Below are positions 37,497-46,857 of a stretch of 64,000 nt of DNA, one piece after another; positions within the stretch are counted from its first letter, which is position 1, and every line of letters starts with the position of its first letter. A model generated the notes under the pieces. The model searched no databases and had not been told where the DNA came from. It saw only the letters and a list, made by a program, of their open reading frames with translations. The stretch is from Nitrososphaerales archaeon (GTDB taxonomy: Archaea > Thermoproteota > Nitrososphaeria > Nitrososphaerales > Gagatemarchaeaceae): assembly GCA_030038395.1 (NCBI GenBank), contig JASHOZ010000056.1:23607-87606 (forward strand). The letters are read 5' to 3'. The position numbers and the translations under genes were made by a program.

Positions 37497-38243
37497 TCAC
37501 TCCAACCCGCTGATGTAGAGGTGAGTGTCGTAGTGGAGAGTAACGGCGCCGTTGCGGCTGCACTCTTCGAAAATCCTGAGCATCTCCTTCGCCGCCGCGT
37601 CCCACTCGGGCGTCCCCCCCGCGGGCGAGTATGAAGCCGACGCGAACCTTCCGAGCATGCCTCTCAGGCTCAGGACCTGGCGGTTGGGGACGACGAACTC
37701 CCTGACTGAGCTTCCCGTGAAACTTGACACGTAGGCAATGTCGATGTCAGGGACGTCCGCCTTGTTCTTCGAGAACTCACTGACTAGCCGCGCGTACCCC
37801 TGATCGGCCTTCGCCATCTTCCTGCGCCAGTTGTACAGCACGGCGAGGTTGCCACCACGCTTGAGGACTCTGCGGAACTCCTTCCGTGCAGGTTCGACGT
37901 CGAACCAGTGAAGGGCCTGCCCGACAGTCACCAGGTCGATGCTCCCCGAGAGCAGGCCCGTGTGCTCAGCTGTTCCGTTGACGCTCACGAAGTGCCAGCC
38001 ATACCTTGCCAGGTTACGCTCTGCCATCGCTCTCATCCCTCCGTTGGGCTCCACGCAGTATACGGGGTTCCCGTTGCTCAGAAGGAGTTCCGAGAGTATC
38101 CCGGTTCCTCCGCCGACATCGGCGACGACCCTCTGAGGGTCGAATGCGACCTCTCGCTCCAGTATCTTGAGGACGCCGCTTGGGTACCTCGGTCTGTACT
38201 TCGAGTAGACGTCGGACCGCCCGTCGAACCTGTCGACGAACAT
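37497..38243 (-). CDS. class I SAM-dependent methyltransferase
   Basis: 'VADVGGGTGILSELL' motif I. The ATG at 38243 (MFVDRFDGRSDVYSKYRP) is preferred because the upstream codons are an Arg-rich extension. Confidence 0.75.
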   Translation of the reverse strand: MFVDRFDGRSDVYSKYRPRYPSGVLKILEREVAFDPQRVVADVGGGTGILSELLLSNGNPVYCVEPNGGMRAMAERNLARYGWHFVSVNGTAEHTGLLSGSIDLVTVGQALHWFDVEPARKEFRRVLKRGGNLAVLYNWRRKMAKADQGYARLVSEFSKNKADVPDIDIAYVSSFTGSSVREFVVPNRQVLSLRGMLGRFASASYSPAGGTPEWDAAAKEMLRIFEECSRNGAVTLHYDTHLYISGLE

Positions 38244-38280
38244 GGCCGCGCTTCGGTCTCCACCGTCTGGCACGCTCGGC

Positions 38281-38586
38281 CTAACTCTTCTCTGTGCTGA
38301 CGAAGACCTCATGTATCGTGAGAAAGCTCTTGCCGTCGAACATCTCCTTCGGCGGCGCGTTCGAGTGCGCCATCGTGAACGCCTCACTCTTCGTCCACTT
38401 CTCGAAACTCGCCATCGAGTCCCAGTAGGTCCTCACGATGTAGTGTTCTCCCTTGACCGGGCGGAGGACCTCGTTCTTCACGAAGCCTGGGGACCCCTGG
38501 ACGTAGCGCGTCCCAGACTTGAACCGCGCCTCGAACGCATCGGCGAACTCCTTCTTCACTGGTATGTGGTTCTCGACAGAAATCAT
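38281..38586 (-). CDS. antibiotic-biosynthesis-monooxygenase (ABM/IsdG-like) domain protein
   Basis: 101 aa: 'MISVENHIPVKKEFADAFEARF...GFVKNEVLRP...YIVRTYWDSMASFEKWTKSEAF'. Confidence 0.7.
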   Translation of the reverse strand: MISVENHIPVKKEFADAFEARFKSGTRYVQGSPGFVKNEVLRPVKGEHYIVRTYWDSMASFEKWTKSEAFTMAHSNAPPKEMFDGKSFLTIHEVFVSTEKS

Positions 38587-38710
38587 CACCGGACGTGAAC
38601 CTCGCAGAGGTAATGAACGTTTGGCCGACGCGACCTCGTCTGACCCCTTGTCACCACCCCTTGGCGGGGCCAAAAACGAGAACCTAGCCTTGGACTGCGC
38701 TCCTCTTCCT

Positions 38711-39244
38711 TCAGGCCCTCGACTCTGTCTCTCTCTTCCACGCGCCCCAGCCGGTAATCGGGGGATCGATATCCGCCTGCCAGAGCAGCGCATTAAGCTC
38801 GCCTCTGTGCTGGAGCTCTTCCTCAATCAGGTGCCAGAGCATGGTCTTCACGTTGAATCTGAAAGGTTCGCCGTCTCTGGGTCTCTCAATCCAGCGGGCA
38901 AGATCCTGAGGTAGGAGCCTCTGCACGAAGTCTAGGATGTACGGATTCATCTTGTCGGCCTCCATTTTCAGCTCCTCGATTGACTGGCACTTTCTACCAT
39001 AGGAGTCACTCGTATCAAGGAGAATTCCACCGTATCTCTCATCAAGCCATAGCCTGTATACGAAGAAGATATGAGAGGAGATGTCGAGAATGCTGGGAAA
39101 GGAAGCCCCCCTGTCTTTCGTCAGTTGCTCCGCGGGGAGTGTTCCGAGCAGCTTCATGTACTTCTTCCTGACATAGTCGTTGTAGCGGAACCACTCTCCT
39201 ATCGACTCGAGGTCCGCGGCCTCTCTGACGAACACTTCGCTCAA
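38711..39244 (-). CDS. DinB-family (DinB_2) protein
   Basis: Four-helix pattern with His residues: 'ILDISSHIFFVYRLW' and 'LWHLIEEELQHRGELNALL'. Confidence 0.7.
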   Translation of the reverse strand: MSEVFVREAADLESIGEWFRYNDYVRKKYMKLLGTLPAEQLTKDRGASFPSILDISSHIFFVYRLWLDERYGGILLDTSDSYGRKCQSIEELKMEADKMNPYILDFVQRLLPQDLARWIERPRDGEPFRFNVKTMLWHLIEEELQHRGELNALLWQADIDPPITGWGAWKRETESRA

Positions 39245-39404
39245 TTAGTTCGCCGGCCCATTGACGGTTCTTCAGGAGGACCAGCGGTATTTATGCTGCC
39301 TTGATTGCGCGGAAGTCTCGTCGTGAGAGCAGGCGCCAGAGTCTGCCGGCGCCTCCTGTGCCACGGGGCAAGATTAATCACCGTCTCGTCATCGGAGCTG
39401 GCGC

Positions 39405-39788
39405 ATGGTTGGGCTGACAGTCAAGGCGAAGCAGCTGATCGACGGGAAGAACTTCGGCAACGTTGCGACGATCATGCCTGACGGGTCGCCCCAAGTGGCG
39501 ACGGTGTGGGTCGACCGCGAAGGGGACGTAATCAAGCTGAACGCTACGGTGTCGCGGCAGAGGACGAAAAACCTCAGGCGCGATCCGCGCGTCGCCCTAG
39601 TTGTATTCGACCAGGCAAACCCCTACTCCAACGTCATGATACGCGGAAAGGTGACCGAGATAACCAAGAAGGGGGCGGAGGACCACATCGACCAACTGTC
39701 GATGAAGTACCACGGGCGGGTGTACAGCTACCACCACGCAGACGACCCACGCGTCATAATCAGGATCGAGCCCGAGCATATCACGTAG
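39405..39788 (+). CDS. PPOX-class (pyridoxamine 5'-phosphate oxidase-like) probable F420/FMN-dependent enzyme
   Basis: 'NFGNVATIMPDGSPQVATVWVDREGDVIKLNATVSRQRTKNLRRDPRVALVVFD'. Confidence 0.75.
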   Translation: MVGLTVKAKQLIDGKNFGNVATIMPDGSPQVATVWVDREGDVIKLNATVSRQRTKNLRRDPRVALVVFDQANPYSNVMIRGKVTEITKKGAEDHIDQLSMKYHGRVYSYHHADDPRVIIRIEPEHIT

Positions 39789-39831
39789 TCCTGCGCGACA
39801 GTCGCTTGATGACGGCTCTCGACTGACACGG

Positions 39832-40035
39832 TCACGTCAGCAGCGCAGTAAGGGCGAGAACGAAGAAGATTGCCAGATACCCGAGGAGGGCCCACCTCAG
39901 TATCCTGATGCCTTCGCTGCCGAGCTCCCCCCTCGCCACGCTCCCAGCCGCTCCTCGGTACAGCAGGCCAAAGACGAAGAGCAGTGCGCCCGCGAACGCG
40001 ACCACCGCGATCAGGGCGTCGGTGTTCAGCGCCAT
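39832..40035 (-). CDS. small two-TM membrane protein
   Basis: 67 aa. Its ATG directly abuts the TAG of the upstream membrane-protein gene (TAGATG at 40033-40038). Confidence 0.45.
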   Translation of the reverse strand: MALNTDALIAVVAFAGALLFVFGLLYRGAAGSVARGELGSEGIRILRWALLGYLAIFFVLALTALLT

Positions 40036-40731
40036 CTAGTATATCGCCAGGTGAGCCATTATGAGTATGATCACCACTTGGAAGACCGCCTGGCTAGCCG
40101 CGAGCCTGACGTTCCTGATTGTGAGCTTTGAGATGAGCTCGACGTTGGGCTTCGACTTCGCCAACTCCAGGAAGATCCTGACGCCGTTGGGGAGGAAGAC
40201 GCCGAACCCCTGCGCCACAAGTATCAGCACCACGACCCCGGCGGCCATAATCCAAGGACTGCCCAGGTCGAACTTGCCGAAGTCCTGGGCGAGGTAAATC
40301 CCAGACGTTATCGCGGTTGACGCGAGAGAAGGGATGATGAAGAACGTGGTCGGGGTGAGCCTCTTCGCTATCTCCACCCGCGCAGGAATCTCAAGGGACC
40401 TCAGGATCTGCGACATTACGAGGCCCATGTACAGGTCGAAGCCCGTCCAGGTTCCGCCTGTGATCACGTGGACGTAGTCGAGGTAGTACACATTCTTGGA
40501 CGCGAGGGCCGCGACAAGGGCGACGGGCGGGATGATCCCTATCGTGAAGCTCCACCGTAGGAGCTTCCTCGTGAACGGAGGGAGCTTGGAGGGCTCTGCC
40601 TTAGGTGCCCCGGGGGCCTGAGCCACGCCTCCAGGCTGGGAGCTCCATTCAAAAGGGCTTGGGTCAAGGAGCAGGGTGGGAGGGGTGCATTTCAGCAGAG
40701 CCCCCCAGACGGGCGCGCAAGCGCGCCTCAC
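40036..40731 (-). CDS. hypothetical polytopic membrane protein
   Basis: About 5 TM helices and no family recognised. Forms an operon with the 67-aa gene. Confidence 0.55.
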   Translation of the reverse strand: MRRACAPVWGALLKCTPPTLLLDPSPFEWSSQPGGVAQAPGAPKAEPSKLPPFTRKLLRWSFTIGIIPPVALVAALASKNVYYLDYVHVITGGTWTGFDLYMGLVMSQILRSLEIPARVEIAKRLTPTTFFIIPSLASTAITSGIYLAQDFGKFDLGSPWIMAAGVVVLILVAQGFGVFLPNGVRIFLELAKSKPNVELISKLTIRNVRLAASQAVFQVVIILIMAHLAIY

Positions 40732-40756
40732 CCGTGGAACGTCCGCCCTTCGCAGG

Positions 40757-41302
40757 TCAGAACAGCTTGGCGCCGCACTTCGAGCACGTGTTGTCCCTGA
40801 CGGGGTCCACGAGGTTGCCGCAGTACTTGCATGGGATCTTTGCCACCTCTCTTTCGACGATTATCTTCTCCTTCGCCGGCTGCTCCTCCTCTCTCGAGAA
40901 GTCCTCCTGTTCCTTCGTCGAGTCCCGTTCATACATGTAGCCGCACCTGCTGCACCTGTAGTGACTTCGAGTGGTGGTCCTGACCGTGGGGACCCTCTCC
41001 TGTCGCCTGTTGGTGGACGTCTCGTTCACCGTCTGACCCTGGCCGTCGCTCCTCCTGGTCGTTGTCGTGTCCGTCCGAGTCACGATGCCGTACGCCTTCT
41101 CAGCCTTCACGACTTCGGATCTCGATAGACCGATAGTCCCGCGTGCCCTGCATGAGGGGCATGCGGGCCTGCTGTAGTAGGCTACTGCGTAGACAGCTCC
41201 CGCGATCAGGGCGACAAGGAAGAGGACCGGGAAGAGGTAGAGGACAACGAGAGCGACGACGACCGCGATGAGGATGACCGGCCAAGACAGCTTGACTGCC
41301 AA
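40757..41302 (-). CDS. N-terminally anchored protein with three CxxC pairs (zinc-ribbon modules)
   Basis: TM region 'WPVILIAVVVALVVLYLFPVLFLVALIAGAVYAV' followed by 'CPSC', 'CSRCGY' and 'CKYCGNLV...CSKCGAKL'. Confidence 0.55.
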   Translation of the reverse strand: MAVKLSWPVILIAVVVALVVLYLFPVLFLVALIAGAVYAVAYYSRPACPSCRARGTIGLSRSEVVKAEKAYGIVTRTDTTTTRRSDGQGQTVNETSTNRRQERVPTVRTTTRSHYRCSRCGYMYERDSTKEQEDFSREEEQPAKEKIIVEREVAKIPCKYCGNLVDPVRDNTCSKCGAKLF

Positions 41303-41612
41303 CTTCAGCGGACCGGCAGCCCGGACGGCGCGTTTCTCTTATACACTCTGTGAAAAAGGACGCAAACGCAAGCTTTGCAGGCGTAATGACGCTCCTAATG
41401 CATCGGCGACGTCGACCCCGTGGGCCGAAGCTGACGGATTCTGTCGTCGCCGCTAGGTCACGGCGCGGATTGCCCTCTCTGAACGACTTCCGCATACTCG
41501 AGACCGTGGGCGCGGGAGAAGGGGCCCGGTGTCCTGAATTCGACAGGAGCTCATCCTCCGATGTGTGCCTCAAATAGCAGGCTGGTGCATATACTGCAGG
41601 TTGGAGATCCGC

Positions 41613-42035
41613 ATGTTCAGGGAGGAGGATTTGGACAGCGTCCTCGAGATCGCGGTCAAGTACGCGACGTTCGACTCCGCCACGCGCGAGTCAGACGTCA
41701 GGAAGGCCGCGCACTTCCCGAGGGGGTTCTGGGTCGCAGAGGTCCATGGAAAGGTCGTCGGCTTCATCTGGGGTCACTTGAAAGACATGCCTGCTGAGGT
41801 TCTTGAAAGATGGAACGCCGCGGGCGTAGGCTACGTCGATCTGATGGCGGTGCTTCCGGCGTACAGGCGGCGGGGGGCGGGCGAGGCACTGCTCCTGAAG
41901 CTCCTCGAAGAGTTCAAACGAGCACACACCGATGTAGTGCTTCTGGACTGCCCTGCCGAGGCTCGGGACGCAGCACGTCTGTACGCAAAACTGGGATTCG
42001 ATGTCAGGTTCCAGGGAATGAGCAGGCGTCTGTAG
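41613..42035 (+). CDS. GNAT-family N-acetyltransferase
   Basis: Acetyl-CoA motif A 'VLPAYRRRGAGEALL'. The ATG at 41613 gives MFREEDLDSVLEI. Confidence 0.8.
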   Translation: MFREEDLDSVLEIAVKYATFDSATRESDVRKAAHFPRGFWVAEVHGKVVGFIWGHLKDMPAEVLERWNAAGVGYVDLMAVLPAYRRRGAGEALLLKLLEEFKRAHTDVVLLDCPAEARDAARLYAKLGFDVRFQGMSRRL

Positions 42036-42345
42036 CTCGGCACGCCCGACAGCGCCAGCCATTGACCTCTGGCAGCCCACGCCCGACCTGACGAACCTCC
42101 GATTCGCTATGTCGGCGGAGATTCCGGGCGATGAGTGCCGAAACGCCCCCGCGCGCGTCTTCCACCGACTCACTCAGAGCAGCAAAGTCCTGACCAAGCA
42201 TGGGTCATAGTCAACAGCATGGACGGGGCTCCACGACTCCAACCTCCCGGCAGAGACTGGCCAATCGGGCTGCGCCCTCTGTACGCGCTGTCGCGGTTTT
42301 GGGTAACTGTTTTATCACAATGCGCGAGTCGAAGCCGACATCCAA

Positions 42346-44283
42346 TTGCCAGACGGGGAGCGAAGGCTCGCTGCCATTATGTTTACCGATATCGTCGGAT
42401 ACAGCGCACTGACCCAAGGGAACGAGGCACTAGCTATCCAGGTCCTGGAGGAGCACAGGAGGGTCGTGAGGCCCTTCCTACCGAAGCACGACGGGAAGGA
42501 AGTCAAGACGATCGGCGACGCGTTTCTGATCGAGTTCGCGAGCGCACTGGAGGCGGTCAGGTGCGCCTTCGAAATCCAACAGTCGCTCAGAGAACTGTCG
42601 TCCGGGCGGCCGCAACAGATGAGGGTGCAGCTCCGCATCGGGATTCACGTCGGCGACGTCATCCACAGCCAGAACGACGTGTACGGCGACGCGGTCAACC
42701 TGGCTTCGAGGATAGAGCCACTCGCACAAGCAGGAGGCATCTGCGTCTCCGAGCAGGTGTACTATCAGGTGAAGAACAAGTTCGAGCTGCCGCTCGTGAG
42801 CCTCGGAAGGAAGGAACTGAAAAACATCGCCGAGCCGCTGGAGGTCTTCAGGGTCGTGCTTCCTTGGGAGAACGAGCGCCAGGAGAACGGGAGTCTGGAC
42901 GGGCGGAGGCTGGCGGTCCTCCCGTTCGCGAACTTCAGCCCTGACCCGAACGACGGCTACTTCGCCGACGGCATCACCGAGGAGATCATCTCGACGGTCT
43001 CGGGCATCAGCGGTCTGAGCGTGATCTCGAGGACGTCGGTGATGGGGTACAAGGGCACCACGAAGAAGGTCAACGAGATAGGGCGGGAGCTGAACGTCGG
43101 ATCGGTCCTGGAGGGGAGCTTCAGGAAGGCGGGGAACAGGATCCGGGTGACGGCTCAGCTGATAGACGTCGCCCACGACAGGCACATCTGGGCCCAGAAC
43201 TACGACAGAGAGATGGACGACGTATTCGCCGTCCAGAGCGACGTCGCCAAGAACGTCTCCGAGGTGCTCAGGGTCAGAATCCTCTCCCCCGAGAGGGAGC
43301 GCATCGAAAAGAAGCCGACTGAAAGCTCTGGAGCATACACCCTGTACCTGAAGGGGAAGGCGTTCTGGAACCTGAGGGGCGGCGCCGACGGCCTCGACCA
43401 AGTCAGGAGGGCGCTCGACTGCTTTAGGCAGGCCGAGAAGGAAGACCCGAGCTTCGCGCTAGCCTACGTCGGCGAGGCGTCCTGCCTTCACAAGATGCGC
43501 GAGTGGGGCATCGACCTCGACGCCAACCAGCGGCAGGCTAGGAGACAGATCGACAGGGCGCTCGAGCTCGACCCGGACCTCTCGGAGGCGCACACCACGA
43601 AGGCAGCCGTCCTGACCGGCTCGAATGAACTCCGGCTGGCGGAAGTGGAGTTCAGGAAGGCGATTGAACTGAACCCCAGCAACGCGACGGCACACCATTG
43701 GTTCTTCCTGACGCTGATTGAGCAGATGCGGTGGGGCGAGGCCCTCGAGCAGATCGATAAGGCCGCAGAGCTGGACCCTCTGTCTCCCCTGATCTGCTAC
43801 GGTATCGGGCTGTACCACGAGAGCCGGGGAGACCTCCCGAAGGCGCTGGAATTCTACAGGAGGTCCCTCGAGCTGGGCGGGTCGATTATCCGCTGGGCGG
43901 CCGCCAGCGTCTACGGCCGGATGGGGATGTACGACGAAATGAGAAAGGAGTTCTCCACCTGGGTCGACGAGTTCAGGCCGGCCGCGGCTGCGAGGACTGT
44001 CGCCGACATCACGATAGCGGAGATTCTGAACGACAGGGACACTGTCGAGAGACTGCTCCCGGAGGCCGAGGCGTTCCACAGGAAGGGCGCCATCCCCTCC
44101 GCAATGGACATCGCCGACTCCTACTTCTATCTCGGCGACAAAGACAAGGGCTTCGAGTGGCTGGAGCGTTCATTCTCTCGTGGGGAGGCCTTTACGTCCA
44201 GGATTCAGATCGACCACAGCCTCGATGATGTCCGCGATGACCCCCGATACCTCGACCTTCGGAAACGGCTCGGGCTGGACTGA
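42346..44283 (+). CDS. class III adenylate/guanylate cyclase fused to TolB-N-like and TPR domains (paralogue 1)
   Basis: 'RRLAAIMFTDIVGYSAL', 'KTIGDAFLIEF' and 'GDAVNLASRIE' are metal-binding and transition-state residues. Next comes 'LAVLPFANFSPDPNDGYFADGITEEII' (TolB-N-like), then about 300 aa of TPR-like repeats. Confidence 0.85.
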   Translation: MPDGERRLAAIMFTDIVGYSALTQGNEALAIQVLEEHRRVVRPFLPKHDGKEVKTIGDAFLIEFASALEAVRCAFEIQQSLRELSSGRPQQMRVQLRIGIHVGDVIHSQNDVYGDAVNLASRIEPLAQAGGICVSEQVYYQVKNKFELPLVSLGRKELKNIAEPLEVFRVVLPWENERQENGSLDGRRLAVLPFANFSPDPNDGYFADGITEEIISTVSGISGLSVISRTSVMGYKGTTKKVNEIGRELNVGSVLEGSFRKAGNRIRVTAQLIDVAHDRHIWAQNYDREMDDVFAVQSDVAKNVSEVLRVRILSPERERIEKKPTESSGAYTLYLKGKAFWNLRGGADGLDQVRRALDCFRQAEKEDPSFALAYVGEASCLHKMREWGIDLDANQRQARRQIDRALELDPDLSEAHTTKAAVLTGSNELRLAEVEFRKAIELNPSNATAHHWFFLTLIEQMRWGEALEQIDKAAELDPLSPLICYGIGLYHESRGDLPKALEFYRRSLELGGSIIRWAAASVYGRMGMYDEMRKEFSTWVDEFRPAAAARTVADITIAEILNDRDTVERLLPEAEAFHRKGAIPSAMDIADSYFYLGDKDKGFEWLERSFSRGEAFTSRIQIDHSLDDVRDDPRYLDLRKRLGLD

Positions 44284-44492
44284 CCCTTCGGCGGACGACG
44301 GCTCCACCTAAGACTCGCATCCAGAGGCCGACCTCGCCAGTCGGCCAGGACCTCCCGAGCAAGGAAGCCCGCGGCCGCCGGTTTCATGCAGCCCGAATCT
44401 CCGAGTCCTTGACGTAACCTATCTTCCGACCGTGCTTGGGGACGGAGCGCCTGCTCAGGTCGCTTAAATACAATCACACCAACGAGAGTGAC

Positions 44493-44801
44493 ATGGTCCG
44501 GCTCGAGGTCACCGAAGAGGACTTTGAGGGCTTTAGAAAGGCCAAGAGCATTCGGGAAGGAATAGGAGAGAAAATACTAGACGAGTTCAGAATGAGCAAC
44601 AAGCAGAGGAAGGCCCGAGATGGCGTCCTTGCTCTACTTCCGATGGTCGTCGCAAAGAAAGTGAACAAAAGCGTCCCACACGGATTCAAGCTCGATAGCA
44701 TCCAGTTGACCTTTGAGGTCTCAGGAGAACCGTTTGGGGTCGGAGTGAAGGGAGACGTCGAAGTGACATTCAAAAGACAAGCGAAACGAAAAACAAAGTA
44801 A
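44493..44801 (+). CDS. hypothetical basic protein
   Basis: 102 aa starting at the internal ATG (MVRLEVTEEDFEGF...). Lys-rich tail and visibly lower GC than its neighbours. Confidence 0.4.
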   Translation: MVRLEVTEEDFEGFRKAKSIREGIGEKILDEFRMSNKQRKARDGVLALLPMVVAKKVNKSVPHGFKLDSIQLTFEVSGEPFGVGVKGDVEVTFKRQAKRKTK

Positions 44802-44903
44802 GACACGCGACGCCTATTCTGACTGAAGGCGGGAGGTGAGTCGGACTCGGATGGGTCCGCCGCTGCGAACGGATAGTCGCCTCTCACTGACTCGGGTCGT
44901 CGG

Positions 44904-46634
44904 CTACGCGTAGCTCTTCCAGATTGAGCGAAGCTCGCGCGAATACCACTCGATCATCCCTTCGCCCATGTCCCATGGAAGCCCTGCTGTCCGGAAAAGC
45001 TCCGGCAGGCTCTTCGAGCAGCCCAGGGAGAGCGCCTGCTTGTAGGATGCGACCGCTCCTTCCGGGTCCCTCCTGTACCTGAGCCATATCCCCAGTGCCC
45101 CCAGTGTGGCAATCCCGTACTCGATGTAGTAGAATGGGAACTGGAAGAGATGGAGCTGGCGCTGCCATCTGTGGCGGAGCGCCTGCTCGTGGCCCTCGTA
45201 GCTCTCGAGGCCCTGGAAGCGCATGAAGATGGACGACCAGGCGTCCGCGCGCTCGGCGGCCGAGTGCCCGGGGTTAGTGTAGACCCAGTGCTGGAAGGCG
45301 TCGATGGTCGCGACCCAGGCGAACAGCTTGATCATCGAGACCACCTCCTCCCTGTTCGACCGCCTTGCATCCTCCGGCCCGTAGAAGGTGCCCTCGACAT
45401 GCTCACACCCGACGAGCTCCATCGAGGTGGAGGCCACCTCCGCGAACTCAGACGGGAGGTTCTGGCCGGAGTAGTAGAGAGGGAGTCCGGCGTCCCTCAT
45501 CAGGAACGAGTGGAAGCTGTGGCCCGACTCGTGGAGGAGGACCCTGACGTCGGCGTCCCGCCCTGACGCGTTCAGGAAGATGAACGGGAGCCTCAGCTCT
45601 GTGAACTCATCCTGGAAGCCTCCGGGCGCCTTCCCCTTCCGGCTCTCCAGGTCGCGGAGCCCCAGCTCGGTCATCCTGTCGTAGTACTTGGAGAACTGCG
45701 GGTCGACCTCTCTGAAGATCTTCGCGCAGCCTGCCACAAGGTCGTCTGTGCTCTTGAACGGGGCCAGCGGGGGCCTTCCGGCGGGGTCGACCTGGAGGTC
45801 CCAGGGCGTCAGCCTATCCAGGCCGAGCCTGGCAGCCCTCTCCTTGTCGATCTCGCGGCTCAGCGGTACGAAGTGCTTCTCCACGGCGTCGTGGAACTTC
45901 CTGCAGTCCTCCGGTGTATAGTCGAACCTATTCCTCTGGCGGAACGCATAGTCGCGGAAGTTCTGAAAGCCCGCGTTCCTTCCTACCCTGTTTCGGACTC
46001 CGACCATGCCGTCGAAGATCTCGTCGAGCTTCTGTGCGTCCTTCAGGAGGCGGTCCACCGTGAGCTTCCATGCCTCTTCCCTGAGGCTCCGGTCGGTCTG
46101 CTCGAGGAACTTGAACATCTGCTGGACGGTCTTCTCCTCCCCCCTGAACTGGATTGTCATCGCACCCATCGTCGCCTGGTACTTTTCGGCCAACCCCGCG
46201 TCCTCCTTCTCGAGGGGGACGTTCGCCTCCCTGAAGATGCTCACAGCGTTGTCTCTGACCCTGTCCGTCATCTGGTACAGCGGGCGGGGCAGGTCCTTCC
46301 TCGCCGGGGACGAGGCGTACCGCTTTTCGAGTTCGAAGCTCGCGAGCTTGACCTTGGGCTCCAGTTCTTGGAAGTAGTCTGAGTACGCCTCCTTGAAAGC
46401 CTCGTTGTCCGTCTGCCTGGAGTAGTTTATCGTGGTCAGCGCCCTCTTCTCGTACACGGCCGCGTTCAGCTCGTCCTCGTCTGCCAGCCACTTCTCGAGG
46501 CGCTCCCTGGACTCTATCGGCCTCGTCCTCAGCTCCTCGAACACCGGAGAGAGCGACTCCCACTCGAGCGACATAGCCTGGGGGACATATCGTCTGGGGA
46601 ACTCTCGCGGAAGGCTCGGGTAGTCGAAGACCAT
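44904..46634 (-). CDS. pepF: M3B oligoendopeptidase F
   Basis: 576 aa with zinc site 'LLHESGHSFH' (HExxH) and a PepF-like overall layout. Confidence 0.85.
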   Translation of the reverse strand: MVFDYPSLPREFPRRYVPQAMSLEWESLSPVFEELRTRPIESRERLEKWLADEDELNAAVYEKRALTTINYSRQTDNEAFKEAYSDYFQELEPKVKLASFELEKRYASSPARKDLPRPLYQMTDRVRDNAVSIFREANVPLEKEDAGLAEKYQATMGAMTIQFRGEEKTVQQMFKFLEQTDRSLREEAWKLTVDRLLKDAQKLDEIFDGMVGVRNRVGRNAGFQNFRDYAFRQRNRFDYTPEDCRKFHDAVEKHFVPLSREIDKERAARLGLDRLTPWDLQVDPAGRPPLAPFKSTDDLVAGCAKIFREVDPQFSKYYDRMTELGLRDLESRKGKAPGGFQDEFTELRLPFIFLNASGRDADVRVLLHESGHSFHSFLMRDAGLPLYYSGQNLPSEFAEVASTSMELVGCEHVEGTFYGPEDARRSNREEVVSMIKLFAWVATIDAFQHWVYTNPGHSAAERADAWSSIFMRFQGLESYEGHEQALRHRWQRQLHLFQFPFYYIEYGIATLGALGIWLRYRRDPEGAVASYKQALSLGCSKSLPELFRTAGLPWDMGEGMIEWYSRELRSIWKSYA

Positions 46635-46857
46635 GCTCCCGCGGGCGGTGGGCTGCGAGCTTACTTATCCCTCACTGAGCACGCGGTTGGAGTCGACGGG
46701 GTCAAGCCTAGGCGCGTTTCAGGCTCGCGGCTGACCGCGGACCCACGGCAGACGGGGAGACGGCTCTGGTCGGGACGACCGACGATGCTCCGGCCGCGAG
46801 GAGGCAAGACGCCCCCACTGTCAGGTTATTAGGCACGAGTTATTGCCCGTCGGAAGA

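Noticed and set aside
42478-44079. Antisense ORFs 42478-43401 (307 aa) and 43459-44079 (206 aa) opposite cyclase paralogue 1
   Set aside because: Low-complexity composition with no motifs. The sense strand encodes a full cyclase-TolB-TPR protein.
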